Counted from the stretch's first letter, positions 47,835 to 58,278 are shown. The stretch is 64,000 nucleotides of DNA from Myxococcota bacterium (GCA_036338695.1 JAYZBQ010000060.1:1302-65301), one strand, 5' to 3'. Numbers and translations are program-made. The notes: generated by a model from the letters alone, not told the origin.

Positions 47835-49114
47835 GCGAGCGGTTACGCGTTGAGACGCTGGCTGCTGGCGGGGACGGTTTAGCTCGTCGAGCCGACGGCG
47901 CTGCGGTCTTCATCCATGGCGGTTTGCCCGGCGATCTCTGGTCGGGGACGTTCGAGCCGCTCGGGCGGCGCGCCTTTCGCCTGGTCGAGGCTGAGCGCCT
48001 TGAGGATGGTCCACAGCGGATGCCGGCTCGCTGTCCGAGCCGGCCGCAATGCGGCGGCTGCAACTGGCACGAGCTTGAGCGTGCGGCGTCTATGCGCGCC
48101 AAAGGCGGCATCTTGCGAGACGCCCTTACGCGGATCGCAGGGTTGGAGGCGCCGTTGGCGATCGAGCAGCTCACGCCAAGCGAGCCCTATGATGGCCGCT
48201 ATCGCGTCGGGCTGCGGGTCACGCCGAGCGGGCTTGCCTACTCGGGTCATGCCAGCCACGACTCGGTCGTTTGGTCTCGATGTGAAGCGCTGACGCCCCA
48301 CCTCGAGGTCGTGATGAAGGATGTCTCTCAGAAGCTTGCGAGCCTGCCGCCCGGGCTCGTGAGCGTCCAAGCGAGCCTCAGCGCAGATGGTCGAAAGAGC
48401 GCCGCTCGGTTGACCGTGATCGATCAGTTAACTCGCCCGGCGATCCGGCACCTGTGTCAGGCTGTCGTGGCTGAGACGGCGCTCGACGGCGCCTGGGTCG
48501 GCGTCGACCATGAGGTCATTGAGGCTGGTCAGACGCGCCTGTCGGGGTTGATCAGCAGTGGCGTGAGCCGACGGTATCTGGTGCGTGGCGGTGCCTTTCA
48601 CCAAGCGAACCCCACGATCAACAAGGCGATCGTCCGCGCAGTGGTTGAGGCGGCCGAGGCTGGGCGGCGCACACGGGTTGTCGACATGCATGGGGGCGCT
48701 GGGAACTTCGGCCTGGCGCTCGCTGCGAAGGGAGCCGACGTGACGATCTCCGAGACCGATCCGTGGGTCTTTGCGGACCTCGAGGTGAACGCCGCGTCGT
48801 ATCGAGGTCGGGGCGTGGTTCATGCTGCGGAGATGTCGGGTGCGCAGGCGCTCAAGCGCTGCAGCCGCCGCGGTCGGGTGGACGTCGCCGTCTTTGATGC
48901 GCCTAGGACGGGCGACCCGAGCGGAGCGAAGGCGGTCGCTGAGATTCGACCGAAGCGGGTGGTGGCGCTGGGGTGTGACCCGTCGACCTTCGCCCGGGAT
49001 CTCCAGGCGATGGGGCTTGGGCGCGGTTACCGATTGGAGCGTCTTGGGTTGTGGGATGCCTTTCCGCAGACCCATCATTTTGAGAGCCTTGCGGTTCTGG
49101 AGTGCGTGAGCTGA
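47831..49114 (+). CDS. rlmD: 23S rRNA (uracil-C5)-methyltransferase, RlmD/RumA family
   Basis: TRAM-like N-terminus, 4Fe-4S cysteines CPSRPQCGGCNWH, SAM motif DMHGGAGNFGLALA. Confidence 0.85.
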   Translation: MSERLRVETLAAGGDGLARRADGAAVFIHGGLPGDLWSGTFEPLGRRAFRLVEAERLEDGPQRMPARCPSRPQCGGCNWHELERAASMRAKGGILRDALTRIAGLEAPLAIEQLTPSEPYDGRYRVGLRVTPSGLAYSGHASHDSVVWSRCEALTPHLEVVMKDVSQKLASLPPGLVSVQASLSADGRKSAARLTVIDQLTRPAIRHLCQAVVAETALDGAWVGVDHEVIEAGQTRLSGLISSGVSRRYLVRGGAFHQANPTINKAIVRAVVEAAEAGRRTRVVDMHGGAGNFGLALAAKGADVTISETDPWVFADLEVNAASYRGRGVVHAAEMSGAQALKRCSRRGRVDVAVFDAPRTGDPSGAKAVAEIRPKRVVALGCDPSTFARDLQAMGLGRGYRLERLGLWDAFPQTHHFESLAVLECVS

Positions 49115-50937
49115 TGGGTGTGATCCGGCAGATGAGCGATGCGCTCGCCAACCGCATCGCCGCAGGTGAGGTGGTCGAGCGGCCTGCCAGCGTACTCAAA
49201 GAGTTGGTCGAGAACAGCCTCGACGCCGGCGCCACGAAGGTGACGGTCACCTTGGTGGGCGCTGGTATGCAGGAGCTGGTCGTCGAAGACGACGGGGTGG
49301 GTATGGATGCGCAAGATGCGCTCGCCTGCTTTGACCGCCACGCCACGAGCAAGCTGACCGATGATGCGCAGCTGTTTCAGATTCAGACCTTGGGATTTCG
49401 TGGCGAGGCGCTGGCGTCGATCGCCTCGGTTGCGCGCGTGACCTTGCAAACGGCGCAACGCGACGGTGAAGGCTGGGAGGTGGTCTGTGTGCCGGGTGAG
49501 CCCCCGCGGCAGCGCCCGTTGGCGAGGCCGCGTGGCACCAAGCTGTCGGTCCGGGATTTGTTCTTCAACACGCCAGCACGCCGGCAGTTTCTCAAAACGG
49601 AGCGCAGCGAGGCGGCGGCTGTCAAGACCTGGTTGAGTCGCTTGGCGCTGGTACACCCCGGCGTTGCGTTTACGCTGCGCGACGAGCGCAAAGAGCGCCT
49701 ACGTGTGGACGCCGCATTCGACGTCGAGGGGGAGACGGCGCGCGTGGAGGCGTTGCTCGGCACGGGCTTGAGCGGCGGTTTGTTTTTGTTTGAGGGCGAG
49801 CGTGAGGGCTACAGCGCCCGAATCTTTGCGGCGCGCCCTGATTTATCCCGGCGTGATCGACGCGCCTTACAGATCTACATCAACGGGCGTTTCATCGACG
49901 ACCGACGCTTGCAACAGGCGGTCGTCGAGGGCTTTCGATCGGTCCTTGAGGTGGGGCGCCATCCGGTAGCAGCGGTCTTCCTGCAGATCCCTCCCGGGCT
50001 CGTCGACGTGAACGTTCACCCCCAAAAGACCGAGGTTCGGCTGGCTCAGCCCCGGCTGGTCTTCAGCTTGATCCGCTCGACCCTCATCGAGGGCTTGGTG
50101 GACGCGCCCTGGCTCGCCGTGGGGGCTGCGCCGGCTGTGGTGCGCGAGGCGCCGTCGGGCAACCAGGGGGTAGCCTATCGCCCCTCGGGTCAGGTTCAGC
50201 GGCTGCCGACCTCATCGGTTTTTGGGGGAGGGAGTGGCGCAGCGTCTCTGCGTGCGCTCGAGCGCAGCTTGCCGCAGCGGTCGGTGCCGCTGGCGCCTGC
50301 GCCGACGCCGCCGAGATCGCACGTCCCAGCGGTGGAGCCCGGTCTACTCACCGGTGTACGCTACGCCGATTTGCGACCGATCGGCCAGGTGGCGACGACC
50401 TATCTCCTGCTTGAGGGACCCGAGGGGCTGGTCGTGATCGATCAACACGCAGCGCATGAGCGGATCGTCTTTGGGCGCCTACAGTGCGCGCTCGGCGGTG
50501 AGCGTTTGCAGCAGCAGGGGTTGTTGATCCCCGTGGCGCTGGACTTGGACGGTGAGGAGGCTGCTGAGCTGCTGGCGCATCGAGACGTCGTCGAGCGTTT
50601 CGGGTTTGCGCTGTCCGAGGTGGATGAGGCGCTGGTCGTGACCGCGGTGCCGGCTATTTTAGGTCGCGTCGACCCGCGCGTCCTCTTGAGCGACCTCGCC
50701 GGGTCCCTGGCCGACGGCGGCGGCGAGGCTGAGCTCGAGCGCGCCTTTGACGCAGCGGTGGCGCGGCTGGCGTGTCACGGTTCGATCCGTGCGGGTCAGC
50801 GGCTCAGCGTGGAGGAGATTCATGCGCTGATGGTCGACCTCGACGACGCTGAACATCGGAGTCATTGCCCGCATGGGCGGCCCTTCGTGGTCCAGTTTAA
50901 CGAGCAGGCGTTCGAGCGATGGTTCCACCGCGACTGA
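49114..50937 (+). CDS. mutL: DNA mismatch repair protein MutL
   Basis: GHKL ATPase motifs ELVENSLDAGAT and DDGVGM. C-terminal dimerisation domain. Start taken at MGVIRQ, overlapping the rlmD stop. Confidence 0.95.
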   Translation: MGVIRQMSDALANRIAAGEVVERPASVLKELVENSLDAGATKVTVTLVGAGMQELVVEDDGVGMDAQDALACFDRHATSKLTDDAQLFQIQTLGFRGEALASIASVARVTLQTAQRDGEGWEVVCVPGEPPRQRPLARPRGTKLSVRDLFFNTPARRQFLKTERSEAAAVKTWLSRLALVHPGVAFTLRDERKERLRVDAAFDVEGETARVEALLGTGLSGGLFLFEGEREGYSARIFAARPDLSRRDRRALQIYINGRFIDDRRLQQAVVEGFRSVLEVGRHPVAAVFLQIPPGLVDVNVHPQKTEVRLAQPRLVFSLIRSTLIEGLVDAPWLAVGAAPAVVREAPSGNQGVAYRPSGQVQRLPTSSVFGGGSGAASLRALERSLPQRSVPLAPAPTPPRSHVPAVEPGLLTGVRYADLRPIGQVATTYLLLEGPEGLVVIDQHAAHERIVFGRLQCALGGERLQQQGLLIPVALDLDGEEAAELLAHRDVVERFGFALSEVDEALVVTAVPAILGRVDPRVLLSDLAGSLADGGGEAELERAFDAAVARLACHGSIRAGQRLSVEEIHALMVDLDDAEHRSHCPHGRPFVVQFNEQAFERWFHRD

Positions 50938-51845
50938 CGGTTATCCAAGGCGCGACCGCCTCGGGTAAGAGCGGTTTGGCGGTGGCGCTTGCGCAAGCTT
51001 GGGACGCCGAGATCATCGGCGCCGACTCGATGCAGGTGTTTCGTGGGATGACCGTCGGCACCGCAGCGCCGACGCAAGCGGAGCAGAGAGGGGTGCCGCA
51101 TCACCTGATCGGTTGCTGGGACCCGAGCGAATCGGTCAGCGTACGGCGTTGGTCCGACGCCGTGGACGCGCTGGTCGAGGGCCACCCGGAGCGCCGTTAC
51201 GTGATCGTCGGCGGCACCAATATGTGGATCCGATTATGGCTCCAAGGGCAGGTTGGAGCGCCTGAGGTTGATGAGGGGGTCCGTGCGTCTTTAGAACGGC
51301 TTGAGACCGAAGAGCTCTACTTGAGCCTAAAGCGGCTGGATTCGGAGAGCGCAGCCGTCATTCACGCCCGTGATCGGTATCGGATCGTGCGCGCGCTGGC
51401 GCACTTCGAGCAGACGGGCACCCGCTTGAGTCAAGCGCGTCAAGCGCACGGCTGGGGCGAGCCGCGGCACCGCTGCTTTCGCCTTGGCTTACTCCCACAG
51501 CGCGCCTGGTTGCACGAGCGGATCAATCGGCGCGCCGAGCAGATGTATCGACAGGGGTTAGTGGACGAGGCGGTGGCGCTTCGCAGCCGCTACGGAGCGA
51601 TTCGACCGCTCAGCGTTTTAGGGTACCGAGACGCGCTCGAGCTCGCTGACGGCGGGATCGACTACGAGGAAGCCCTGCATCGCACTCGGCGAGACACTCG
51701 GCGCTACGCGAAGAACCAAGAGACGTGGCTGCGCAAAGAGCCGCTTGAGCTGCTGGGCGAGGCGGGTGCGCTGTGTGAGGAGGACGCCGAGGTGCTGGCG
51801 CAGCGGGCGATCGCCCTGTGGTCAAGCAGTGGCTTGGGTACCTAG
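50919..51845 (+). CDS. miaA: tRNA dimethylallyltransferase
   Basis: P-loop GATASGKS at the N-terminus. Position downstream of mutL as in many bacteria. Confidence 0.9.
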   Translation: MVPPRLTVIQGATASGKSGLAVALAQAWDAEIIGADSMQVFRGMTVGTAAPTQAEQRGVPHHLIGCWDPSESVSVRRWSDAVDALVEGHPERRYVIVGGTNMWIRLWLQGQVGAPEVDEGVRASLERLETEELYLSLKRLDSESAAVIHARDRYRIVRALAHFEQTGTRLSQARQAHGWGEPRHRCFRLGLLPQRAWLHERINRRAEQMYRQGLVDEAVALRSRYGAIRPLSVLGYRDALELADGGIDYEEALHRTRRDTRRYAKNQETWLRKEPLELLGEAGALCEEDAEVLAQRAIALWSSSGLGT

Positions 51846-53369
51846 CGCGACCGACTCGGCTGCCTGTCGGACCCGACCGGTGCGCAAGAGGTCGTGAATC
51901 GCCTCGAGATCGTCAGCGAGCACCCGGTCTTGACCCAACGGCTCGATCACGGTGCGCACCATCTCATAGACGGTTTGGACCGCACGGGATGCTCGCAGCG
52001 GTTGGTGGAACTCAAGGGCTTGGCAGGCGGTCATGAGCTCAATGCCGAGCACGCGCCCAACGTTTTCGATCACCTGCATCGCTTTGTTCGCCGAGGTCAT
52101 CCCCATGCTGACGTGGTCCTCTCGGTTGGCAGAGCTCGGGATGGAGTCGACGCTCGCAGGGTGGCACAAGACCTTGTTCTCGTTGATGAGCGCAGCCGCC
52201 GTCACTTGGGTGATCATCAGACCCGAATTGAGCCCCGGGTGCGGGGTGAGAAAGGCGGGCAGACCGCTGAGCGATGGGTTGACGAGCTGTTCGATCCTGC
52301 GCTCCGCAATGTTCGCCAACTCAGCGGTGGCGATCGCGAGGTAATCAAGCGCTAAAGCAAGGGGTTGACCGTGAAAGTTTCCACCGCTGATCGAGCACGC
52401 TTCCTCAGCGAAAATAAGGGGGTTGTCCGTCGCCGAGTTGAGCTCGGTCTCCAGCACGCTTCGGACGTGCGCCAGCGCGTCGCGCGTAGCGCCATGGACC
52501 TGCGGCATGCAGCGCAAGCAGTAGGGGTCTTGGACCTTCCCGCAGCCGACATGGCTCGCCATGATCTCGCTGTCGGCGAGCAGGGCTCGGAGGCGACGCG
52601 CTGATTCGCGCTGGCCGGGGTGGGGGCGAGCGCGCATGATCAGCTCGTTAAAGGGGGCGGCCGAGCCCTTGAGCCCTTCCAGGGAGCACGCGCCGGTGAT
52701 GTCGGCGAGATCGGCGAGACGCTCTGCGTGGAGCAGCGCGAGGCTGCCCACGGCGAGCATCGCTTGGGTTCCGTTCGTGAGACCAAGGCCCTCTTTCGCC
52801 TCGAGCTCGAGCGGCTCGAGTCCGTGCTTTTCCAGTAAGGAGCGCATGGGCTGCCACGGCCCATCACCCGCTCGACCTTGCCCCTCACCGATCAACCCGA
52901 GCGCTAGGTGGGCGAGCGGAGCCAGGTCACCCGACGCACCGACCGAACCCTTGGCGGGAATACGAGGTTGTAGGTCGAGATTGAGCAGCGTCATGAGCCG
53001 CTCGACCACGACGACGCGGACGCCGGAGACACCGTGTGCGAGGACGTTTGCGCGCAGCGCCATCAGGGCGCGCGTCGCCTCGGGACCGAGCGGGTCGCCT
53101 ACGCCCACGGCGTGGCTGACCACAAGATTGCGCTGAAGTTGCCCGAGATCAGCGGGCGCGACCGGCGTCTCAGCGAGCGCTCCGAACCCCGTGTTGATCC
53201 CGTAGACCGGCTCGTCTCCTGCTGCGATTCGATCCACGAGTGCCCGGCTCGCCTGCATCCGCTCTCGGGCACGCTCATCCAGCTCGACCGGCGCTCCGAG
53301 CGCAATCTGCTCGAGCTGTTCGAGGCTCAGCGAGAGACCATCGAGGCTAATCTTTTGCGGCATGAGCAC
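51822..53369 (-). CDS. hutH: Histidine ammonia-lyase (aromatic amino acid lyase family, MIO-forming ASG motif)
   Basis: SVGASGDLAPLAHL. 515 aa. Confidence 0.85.
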   Translation of the reverse strand: MLMPQKISLDGLSLSLEQLEQIALGAPVELDERARERMQASRALVDRIAAGDEPVYGINTGFGALAETPVAPADLGQLQRNLVVSHAVGVGDPLGPEATRALMALRANVLAHGVSGVRVVVVERLMTLLNLDLQPRIPAKGSVGASGDLAPLAHLALGLIGEGQGRAGDGPWQPMRSLLEKHGLEPLELEAKEGLGLTNGTQAMLAVGSLALLHAERLADLADITGACSLEGLKGSAAPFNELIMRARPHPGQRESARRLRALLADSEIMASHVGCGKVQDPYCLRCMPQVHGATRDALAHVRSVLETELNSATDNPLIFAEEACSISGGNFHGQPLALALDYLAIATAELANIAERRIEQLVNPSLSGLPAFLTPHPGLNSGLMITQVTAAALINENKVLCHPASVDSIPSSANREDHVSMGMTSANKAMQVIENVGRVLGIELMTACQALEFHQPLRASRAVQTVYEMVRTVIEPLGQDRVLADDLEAIHDLLRTGRVRQAAESVALGTQATA

Positions 53370-53426
53370 CTCCGTGAGCGATCCTTTACGGAAACTCCTC
53401 GGGTCTGTCGACGAGCCGATGCGCCG

Positions 53427-54356
53427 TCAGTCGCCGTTGGCGGCTCCCCAGAAGCGCAAGTCGGCGCGTCGAAACAGCTCACTCGCCTCGCCGGTGTTGG
53501 CGTCGATGAGCAAAATACGGCCCTCGTCCGTCACCCCAAAAAGGTAACCAAAGCTAGCGCTCAAACCGTAGATTTTCTCGAACCCGGTGGCACCGAGCAC
53601 ACGCGGTGTGGCGTCTCGGCTGTCGACGTAGACCAGTAGGTCGCCGTACTCGGAAGGCGCCGTCATCAGCAGCGAGTCGTCTTTGAGGACGACACAATCG
53701 CCGGAGCTTTGATAGGGGCTGAGGTCGCCGAGGACGTCGATGTCCCCTCGCTGCGTCACGGTGTAAGCCTGGGAGCCCTCATCATCGCTTTGGGTCAGGA
53801 AGATGCGCCCCGTGCTGTCGATCGCCAGGCCGTTGGTGTTGCGCGGGGTATCGATCGAGGCGATGAGCTCGTAGCGGCCCTGGTCATCAAAACTGAGGAG
53901 CTCTTCGCGCGTCACGCCGATCAGCGTTCCGTCGGGCGCGCTGTCGATGTCGAGGACGCCGCGCCGCTCAGGGGTGCGCAAGGTGCCCGCTGGCAGGACA
54001 CGCTCTTTGAACGGGTCGATCCGGTACAGGTCGTAGCGACCGTGAGCGTAAAAGGTGCAGTCTAGGCCTTCGTTGTTCACGCCCGAGCAGTTTTCGTCGA
54101 CGAAGGAGCAGCGCTCGGGCGAGTCGGGATGACGCGAGCGGTCTCGGTCGTCGCAGTCGGTCCCCCCTGCGCAATCGGTCGCTAGGTACCCGTCACCGTC
54201 TTGGTCGCAGCCGGGTGGGGGACCGGCGTCGACGGGCGCAGGGCCCGCGTCGTCACCTAGGGTCACGCCTGCGTCGACGATCGAGACGGGTTGGCCCGGC
54301 TCAGTGGGTTCGGTGCCACAGCCTAAAACGAACACCACCAACAGAGCGTTGCGCAT
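53427..54356 (-). CDS. Lipoprotein with MopE-like Cys/Asp-rich putative metal-binding motif and beta-propeller-like C-terminal region
   Basis: Lipobox VLGCG. CDQDGDGYLATDCAGGTDCDDRDRSRHPDSPERCSFVDENCSG matches the DGDG...DCdD...P...E.CdgxDnnC pattern. Confidence 0.6.
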   Translation of the reverse strand: MRNALLVVFVLGCGTEPTEPGQPVSIVDAGVTLGDDAGPAPVDAGPPPGCDQDGDGYLATDCAGGTDCDDRDRSRHPDSPERCSFVDENCSGVNNEGLDCTFYAHGRYDLYRIDPFKERVLPAGTLRTPERRGVLDIDSAPDGTLIGVTREELLSFDDQGRYELIASIDTPRNTNGLAIDSTGRIFLTQSDDEGSQAYTVTQRGDIDVLGDLSPYQSSGDCVVLKDDSLLMTAPSEYGDLLVYVDSRDATPRVLGATGFEKIYGLSASFGYLFGVTDEGRILLIDANTGEASELFRRADLRFWGAANGD

Positions 54357-54493
54357 GATCGGAGCCCTCCGAGCCGCTTTGTCTTACGGACTTTGCGGTG
54401 GGAGCGCATCGGGCGAACGCGCCCTTTTTGAGCATTTTTTTTGTGCTCTGGTGACGCCCCCCTAGGATTGTAGGTGCTTGGAGGTGCAGAACC

Positions 54494-55306
54494 GTGAATT
54501 ACCTGAACCGAACCTCGTGGGTCCTCCTTTTGGGTGCGCTGTCGACCGGCTGTGTCAGCCTTCGCTCCGACCCGATGACCCCGCTTGCGAGCCGAGACCC
54601 GCTGTATTCACCGGGTGCCAGCGCAACGGGCGGGCGCTTTTTGCTCGGTCTCGCCGACCCGGAGCGGCGCGCACCTGTGAATCAGCCGCCGATGCGTCTC
54701 GCCAACGGCACGACCACCACCCCGCGCACTTGGGGCGTTTCCGGGAAGCAGTACAAGAAGGGGCCGATCCGCGTCTCGGATCGTCACGCCGAGCGCCAGC
54801 GCCTCGCAGACGCAGCGCTCAGCTTGGTCGGGAGTCGAAACATCGTTGTGGGTGGGCAGTCCTTTCCGAAGGACTGCTCCGGGTTCGTGCGGGCGGTTTA
54901 TGCGAGCCGCGGCATTGACGTGTACCGCACGCCGCGCGTTCAGAGCACCGACAACGGGGTGCGCATCATCCACAAGTTCTCGGGTGATCGCGGTGGCTTG
55001 CACCGACGCGTCTTTCCTCAGGTGGGCGATTTGGTCTTCTTTGACCACACCTGGGATCGCAACAAGAACGGTCGAGACACCGACGATCGGCTCACCCACG
55101 TGGGCATCGTCGAGCACGTCGACGATGACGGCACGGTCCACTTTGTGCACCGGATCACCGGCGGGATCGTGCGTCAGCGCATGAACCTGCTGTACCCTGA
55201 TCAGCACGCCTCGAAGGGCAAGGTCATCAACGACTGGCTCAAGCGTGGCGGACGCGATCGCCTAGCGGGCAAACTGTTCGCTGGCTTCGGCACCGTGGTC
55301 CGATGA
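54494..55306 (+). CDS. NlpC/P60 (C40) family peptidoglycan peptidase lipoprotein
   Basis: Lipobox LSTGC. Catalytic Cys in KDCSGFVRAVYA. His in THVGIVEHV ... VHFVH. Confidence 0.75.
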   Translation: MNYLNRTSWVLLLGALSTGCVSLRSDPMTPLASRDPLYSPGASATGGRFLLGLADPERRAPVNQPPMRLANGTTTTPRTWGVSGKQYKKGPIRVSDRHAERQRLADAALSLVGSRNIVVGGQSFPKDCSGFVRAVYASRGIDVYRTPRVQSTDNGVRIIHKFSGDRGGLHRRVFPQVGDLVFFDHTWDRNKNGRDTDDRLTHVGIVEHVDDDGTVHFVHRITGGIVRQRMNLLYPDQHASKGKVINDWLKRGGRDRLAGKLFAGFGTVVR

Positions 55307-55376
55307 CGCAACGGGCTGAGCCGAACGACGAACGCCTCCAGTGCGTTGCGCGCTCCTCAAGAGCCCTGCGCCCCGG

Positions 55377-56597
55377 TTAGACCTGTCGGGGGTCCGTTGC
55401 GTCGCGTAAGCCCTCACCGGCCAGGTTGTACGCTGTGACCGTCAGGAAGATCAGCACACCCGGCCAGGTCACGATCCACCAGTAATACGGGTACGTACGC
55501 GCTAGGCTCAGCGCCTCGCCCCAGCTCGGAGTCGGCGCTTGGACACCAAAGCCGAGAAAGCTCAGCGAGCTCTCGACGAGGATGGCGCCAGCGATCCCAA
55601 AGGTCGCCGAGACCAGCACCGGCGCAATGGCGTTGGGGAGGACGTGCCGAAGCAAGATGACGGCGTCTTTGTTCCCCATCGCCCGAGCAGCGGCGATGTA
55701 TTCCATGTTTTTGACCTTGAGTACCTCGGCGCGAAAGAGCCGGGCCACACCCGTCCAGCGCGTCAGCCCGATCACGATCATGATGTTCCAGATGCTCGGG
55801 TCAACGAGCGCCAGGACCGTGATGATCAAGAAGAAGCTCGGGAAGCAGATGACCACCTCGATCACGCGCGACAGCACGAGGTCGATCCAGCCGCCGTAAA
55901 ACCCTGCGAGCCCCCCTAAGAGCAGTCCGATCAGCACGTAAATACTCACCGAGACGAAGCCCACCAGCAGGCTGACGCGTGTGCCGTGGACTAAACGCGC
56001 CGCCAGGTCGCGCCCGAGGTCGTCGGTGCCGAGGAGGTGATTGCCCCAAGACAGCGACTCCGGAGAGCCCAGGCGTGCGGCGAGGTCGGTGTCATCCATC
56101 GAGTAGGGGATCGGGGCAAAGATCGCCCAATCGCCTTGGTCCATCTCGAAGCTGAAGCGCCGCCAGTCGCTGACCATCTGAAGGTCCTGCGGCAAGGGGC
56201 TAAACGTCATGTTCGGCAGACCCGTCAGCAGCACGGTGAGCACGGCGATCACCAGGAACCGGTGGCGCTTGGTTTGACGCCACAGCAGGACCATAAGGAT
56301 GGCGGCGACGAGGGCGGGGTAGATCGCCCAGCGCAGCTCGAAGCTGTCCGTGCGCTGGAGCCAAGGGCTGTACCAACCGCCTTGGTAGCTGAGCAGCAAC
56401 GGTGAGCCGTTGGCGATCAGGTCAGCGGCGACGTAAAGCGTCCCGAAGACCATGAGCATCCACATGCTCAAGCGGTTGATGAGGCGCTTGTTGAAGGTCA
56501 ACCAGACCCGGTTCCAATAGCCTTCGCTCTGCGGCGCGTGCTCCGCCACTTGGGTTGCGTTGGGATCGAACTCAACCTGCGTTTGTTCAGTCGTCAT
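55377..56597 (-). CDS. ABC transporter permease, OppC/DppC type
   Basis: EAA-like loop region ARAMGNKDAVILLRHVLPNAIAP. The likely start is ATG (MTTEQTQ), which overlaps the OppB stop by 11 nt (ATGACGACTGA). The track TTG start at 56681 gives a 95-nt overlap. Confidence 0.85.
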   Translation of the reverse strand: MTTEQTQVEFDPNATQVAEHAPQSEGYWNRVWLTFNKRLINRLSMWMLMVFGTLYVAADLIANGSPLLLSYQGGWYSPWLQRTDSFELRWAIYPALVAAILMVLLWRQTKRHRFLVIAVLTVLLTGLPNMTFSPLPQDLQMVSDWRRFSFEMDQGDWAIFAPIPYSMDDTDLAARLGSPESLSWGNHLLGTDDLGRDLAARLVHGTRVSLLVGFVSVSIYVLIGLLLGGLAGFYGGWIDLVLSRVIEVVICFPSFFLIITVLALVDPSIWNIMIVIGLTRWTGVARLFRAEVLKVKNMEYIAAARAMGNKDAVILLRHVLPNAIAPVLVSATFGIAGAILVESSLSFLGFGVQAPTPSWGEALSLARTYPYYWWIVTWPGVLIFLTVTAYNLAGEGLRDATDPRQV

Positions 56598-58278
56598 AGC
56601 TGATCCTCGGGTCGACCAGGGCGTAGGTGAGGTCGGAGACCAAGATGCCGAGCATCGTGAGCACCGCCGACATGAGCGCAATCGCCATCACGACGGAGTA
56701 GTCACGGTTCAGGATCGCCTCAAAGCCGACCAAGCCCAGCCCGGGAATAGTAAAGATCGTCTCGATGATCACGGCGCCGCCTACCAGCGCCGGCAGGGTA
56801 GCGCCGAGCAGCGTGATGATCGGGATCAGCGCGTTGCGGACGGCGTGCTTCCAAACGACCACCTTCTCAGAGAGCCCTTTGGCTCGAGCGGTCCGCACAA
56901 AGTCCTGACGGATCACCTCAAGCAACGAGGTGCGCTGGAAGCGACTGATCGCTGCGAAGCTCGCATAGGTGAGGCAGGTGACCGGCAGCAAGAGGTGCCA
57001 GATGCGGTCAAGCCATGGCACCAGCGCGCCCGTGGCGTCACCCGAGGTGACGGGTAGGAACGCCAGGCAGATGATCGCAGCGATCGCGCTGCCCAAGGCG
57101 CGCATCCACGCCTGCGGCGCCAAGCTAAGGGCTGCGTTGAGCACGCCAAAGACCGCCACGCTGACGATCGCAAAGCGCGGCATCCCGTCGATGAAATGGA
57201 GCACCGCCAGCGCCAGCACGGTGCACACCGCCGTCGTGGTGAGCTGGGTACGCCGTTCTTCGGCGATCCCCATCATGATCGGTAGCGGCACCGCCATCGT
57301 CAGCCCGACCACCAAGCTCCTGACGAGCTCTGTGTCGAGGACGGCCGCGTCGCCACCAAGCCCGCGGATGGGGACTAAGTTCCACCAGTCACCGCCCCCA
57401 AAGAAGAAAATGCCCAAGAGCGCCACCCAGAAAGAGGGCAGCGAGTACAGGATGAACAAGACCACGGTGCTTGAGCGATCGAAGAAGGAGTTCTGCTGCA
57501 CCGCCGCTCGGACCCCGATCGGGATCGCCACGAGGTAAGCGATCAAGATGGACAGGATGCTGAGGGTCAGCGTGGGCTTCAACGCCGCCTGGATCTTCTC
57601 GGCCACTGGGCGTTGATCTTTCGTCGAGACGCCGAAGTCGCCTTGCAATACGCTGCTGATCCATTCGACATAGCCGAGGAGGAGCGGCTTATCGCTGTAG
57701 TGACGCAGGCGGTAGGTGCCGCTGACGGCGGCGTCACGTGTCGCCTCGAGCGCCTCACCGCCGCCACCGATCAAGGCAAAGCTCTTGGTTCCTTGCACGT
57801 CCTTGACATCAAAACCCAGCGCACCGGGTTTCGCCTTCATCGCAGCGTCGACATCGGAGACCGGAGTGCAGGTGATCAAGTTGGCGCCCGTGAGCTTGAG
57901 GTCAGCCCCCACGTTTTTCCACAAGCCGTCCCCGTCGACGTCGCTGTAGTAGCACTCGGTCGGCGCATCGGGGCCGCCGAGATCCTTCCAGGTTTTGTCC
58001 TGGTTGAGCAAATCGGCGAGCTGGGGTTGCGTCAAGCCGGTCAGCGGATTGTCGCTTGCGACGCGCATCTTCACAGGTCGCACATAGGCCAGCCCATAGA
58101 GGACGCGCATCTGGTTGATGGCCTCACGGCTCGAGCTGCCTTGCTCCATGCCCTCGGTGCCCATCGTGCTCTGGACAGGGTCACCGGGGGCGAGCCGAGC
58201 GACACCATAGGTGATCATGGTGATCCCGATGAGCGTCGGGATCATCAGGATGATTCGTTTAAGGGCGTAGGTCAGCAT
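56587..58278 (-). CDS. ABC transporter permease, OppB/DppB type with a roughly 250-aa periplasmic insertion between TM1 and TM2
   Basis: MLTYALKRIILMIPTLIGITMITYGVARLAPGDP N-terminus. Conserved permease core and C-terminus (SYDD). Confidence 0.85.
   Translation of the reverse strand: MLTYALKRIILMIPTLIGITMITYGVARLAPGDPVQSTMGTEGMEQGSSSREAINQMRVLYGLAYVRPVKMRVASDNPLTGLTQPQLADLLNQDKTWKDLGGPDAPTECYYSDVDGDGLWKNVGADLKLTGANLITCTPVSDVDAAMKAKPGALGFDVKDVQGTKSFALIGGGGEALEATRDAAVSGTYRLRHYSDKPLLLGYVEWISSVLQGDFGVSTKDQRPVAEKIQAALKPTLTLSILSILIAYLVAIPIGVRAAVQQNSFFDRSSTVVLFILYSLPSFWVALLGIFFFGGGDWWNLVPIRGLGGDAAVLDTELVRSLVVGLTMAVPLPIMMGIAEERRTQLTTTAVCTVLALAVLHFIDGMPRFAIVSVAVFGVLNAALSLAPQAWMRALGSAIAAIICLAFLPVTSGDATGALVPWLDRIWHLLLPVTCLTYASFAAISRFQRTSLLEVIRQDFVRTARAKGLSEKVVVWKHAVRNALIPIITLLGATLPALVGGAVIIETIFTIPGLGLVGFEAILNRDYSVVMAIALMSAVLTMLGILVSDLTYALVDPRISYDD

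Noticed and set aside
56598-56681. TTG start at 56681 for OppC
   Set aside because: It gives a 95-nt overlap with OppB and an N-terminus unlike the family. An ATG (MTTEQ) overlapping the OppB stop is the conventional coupled start.
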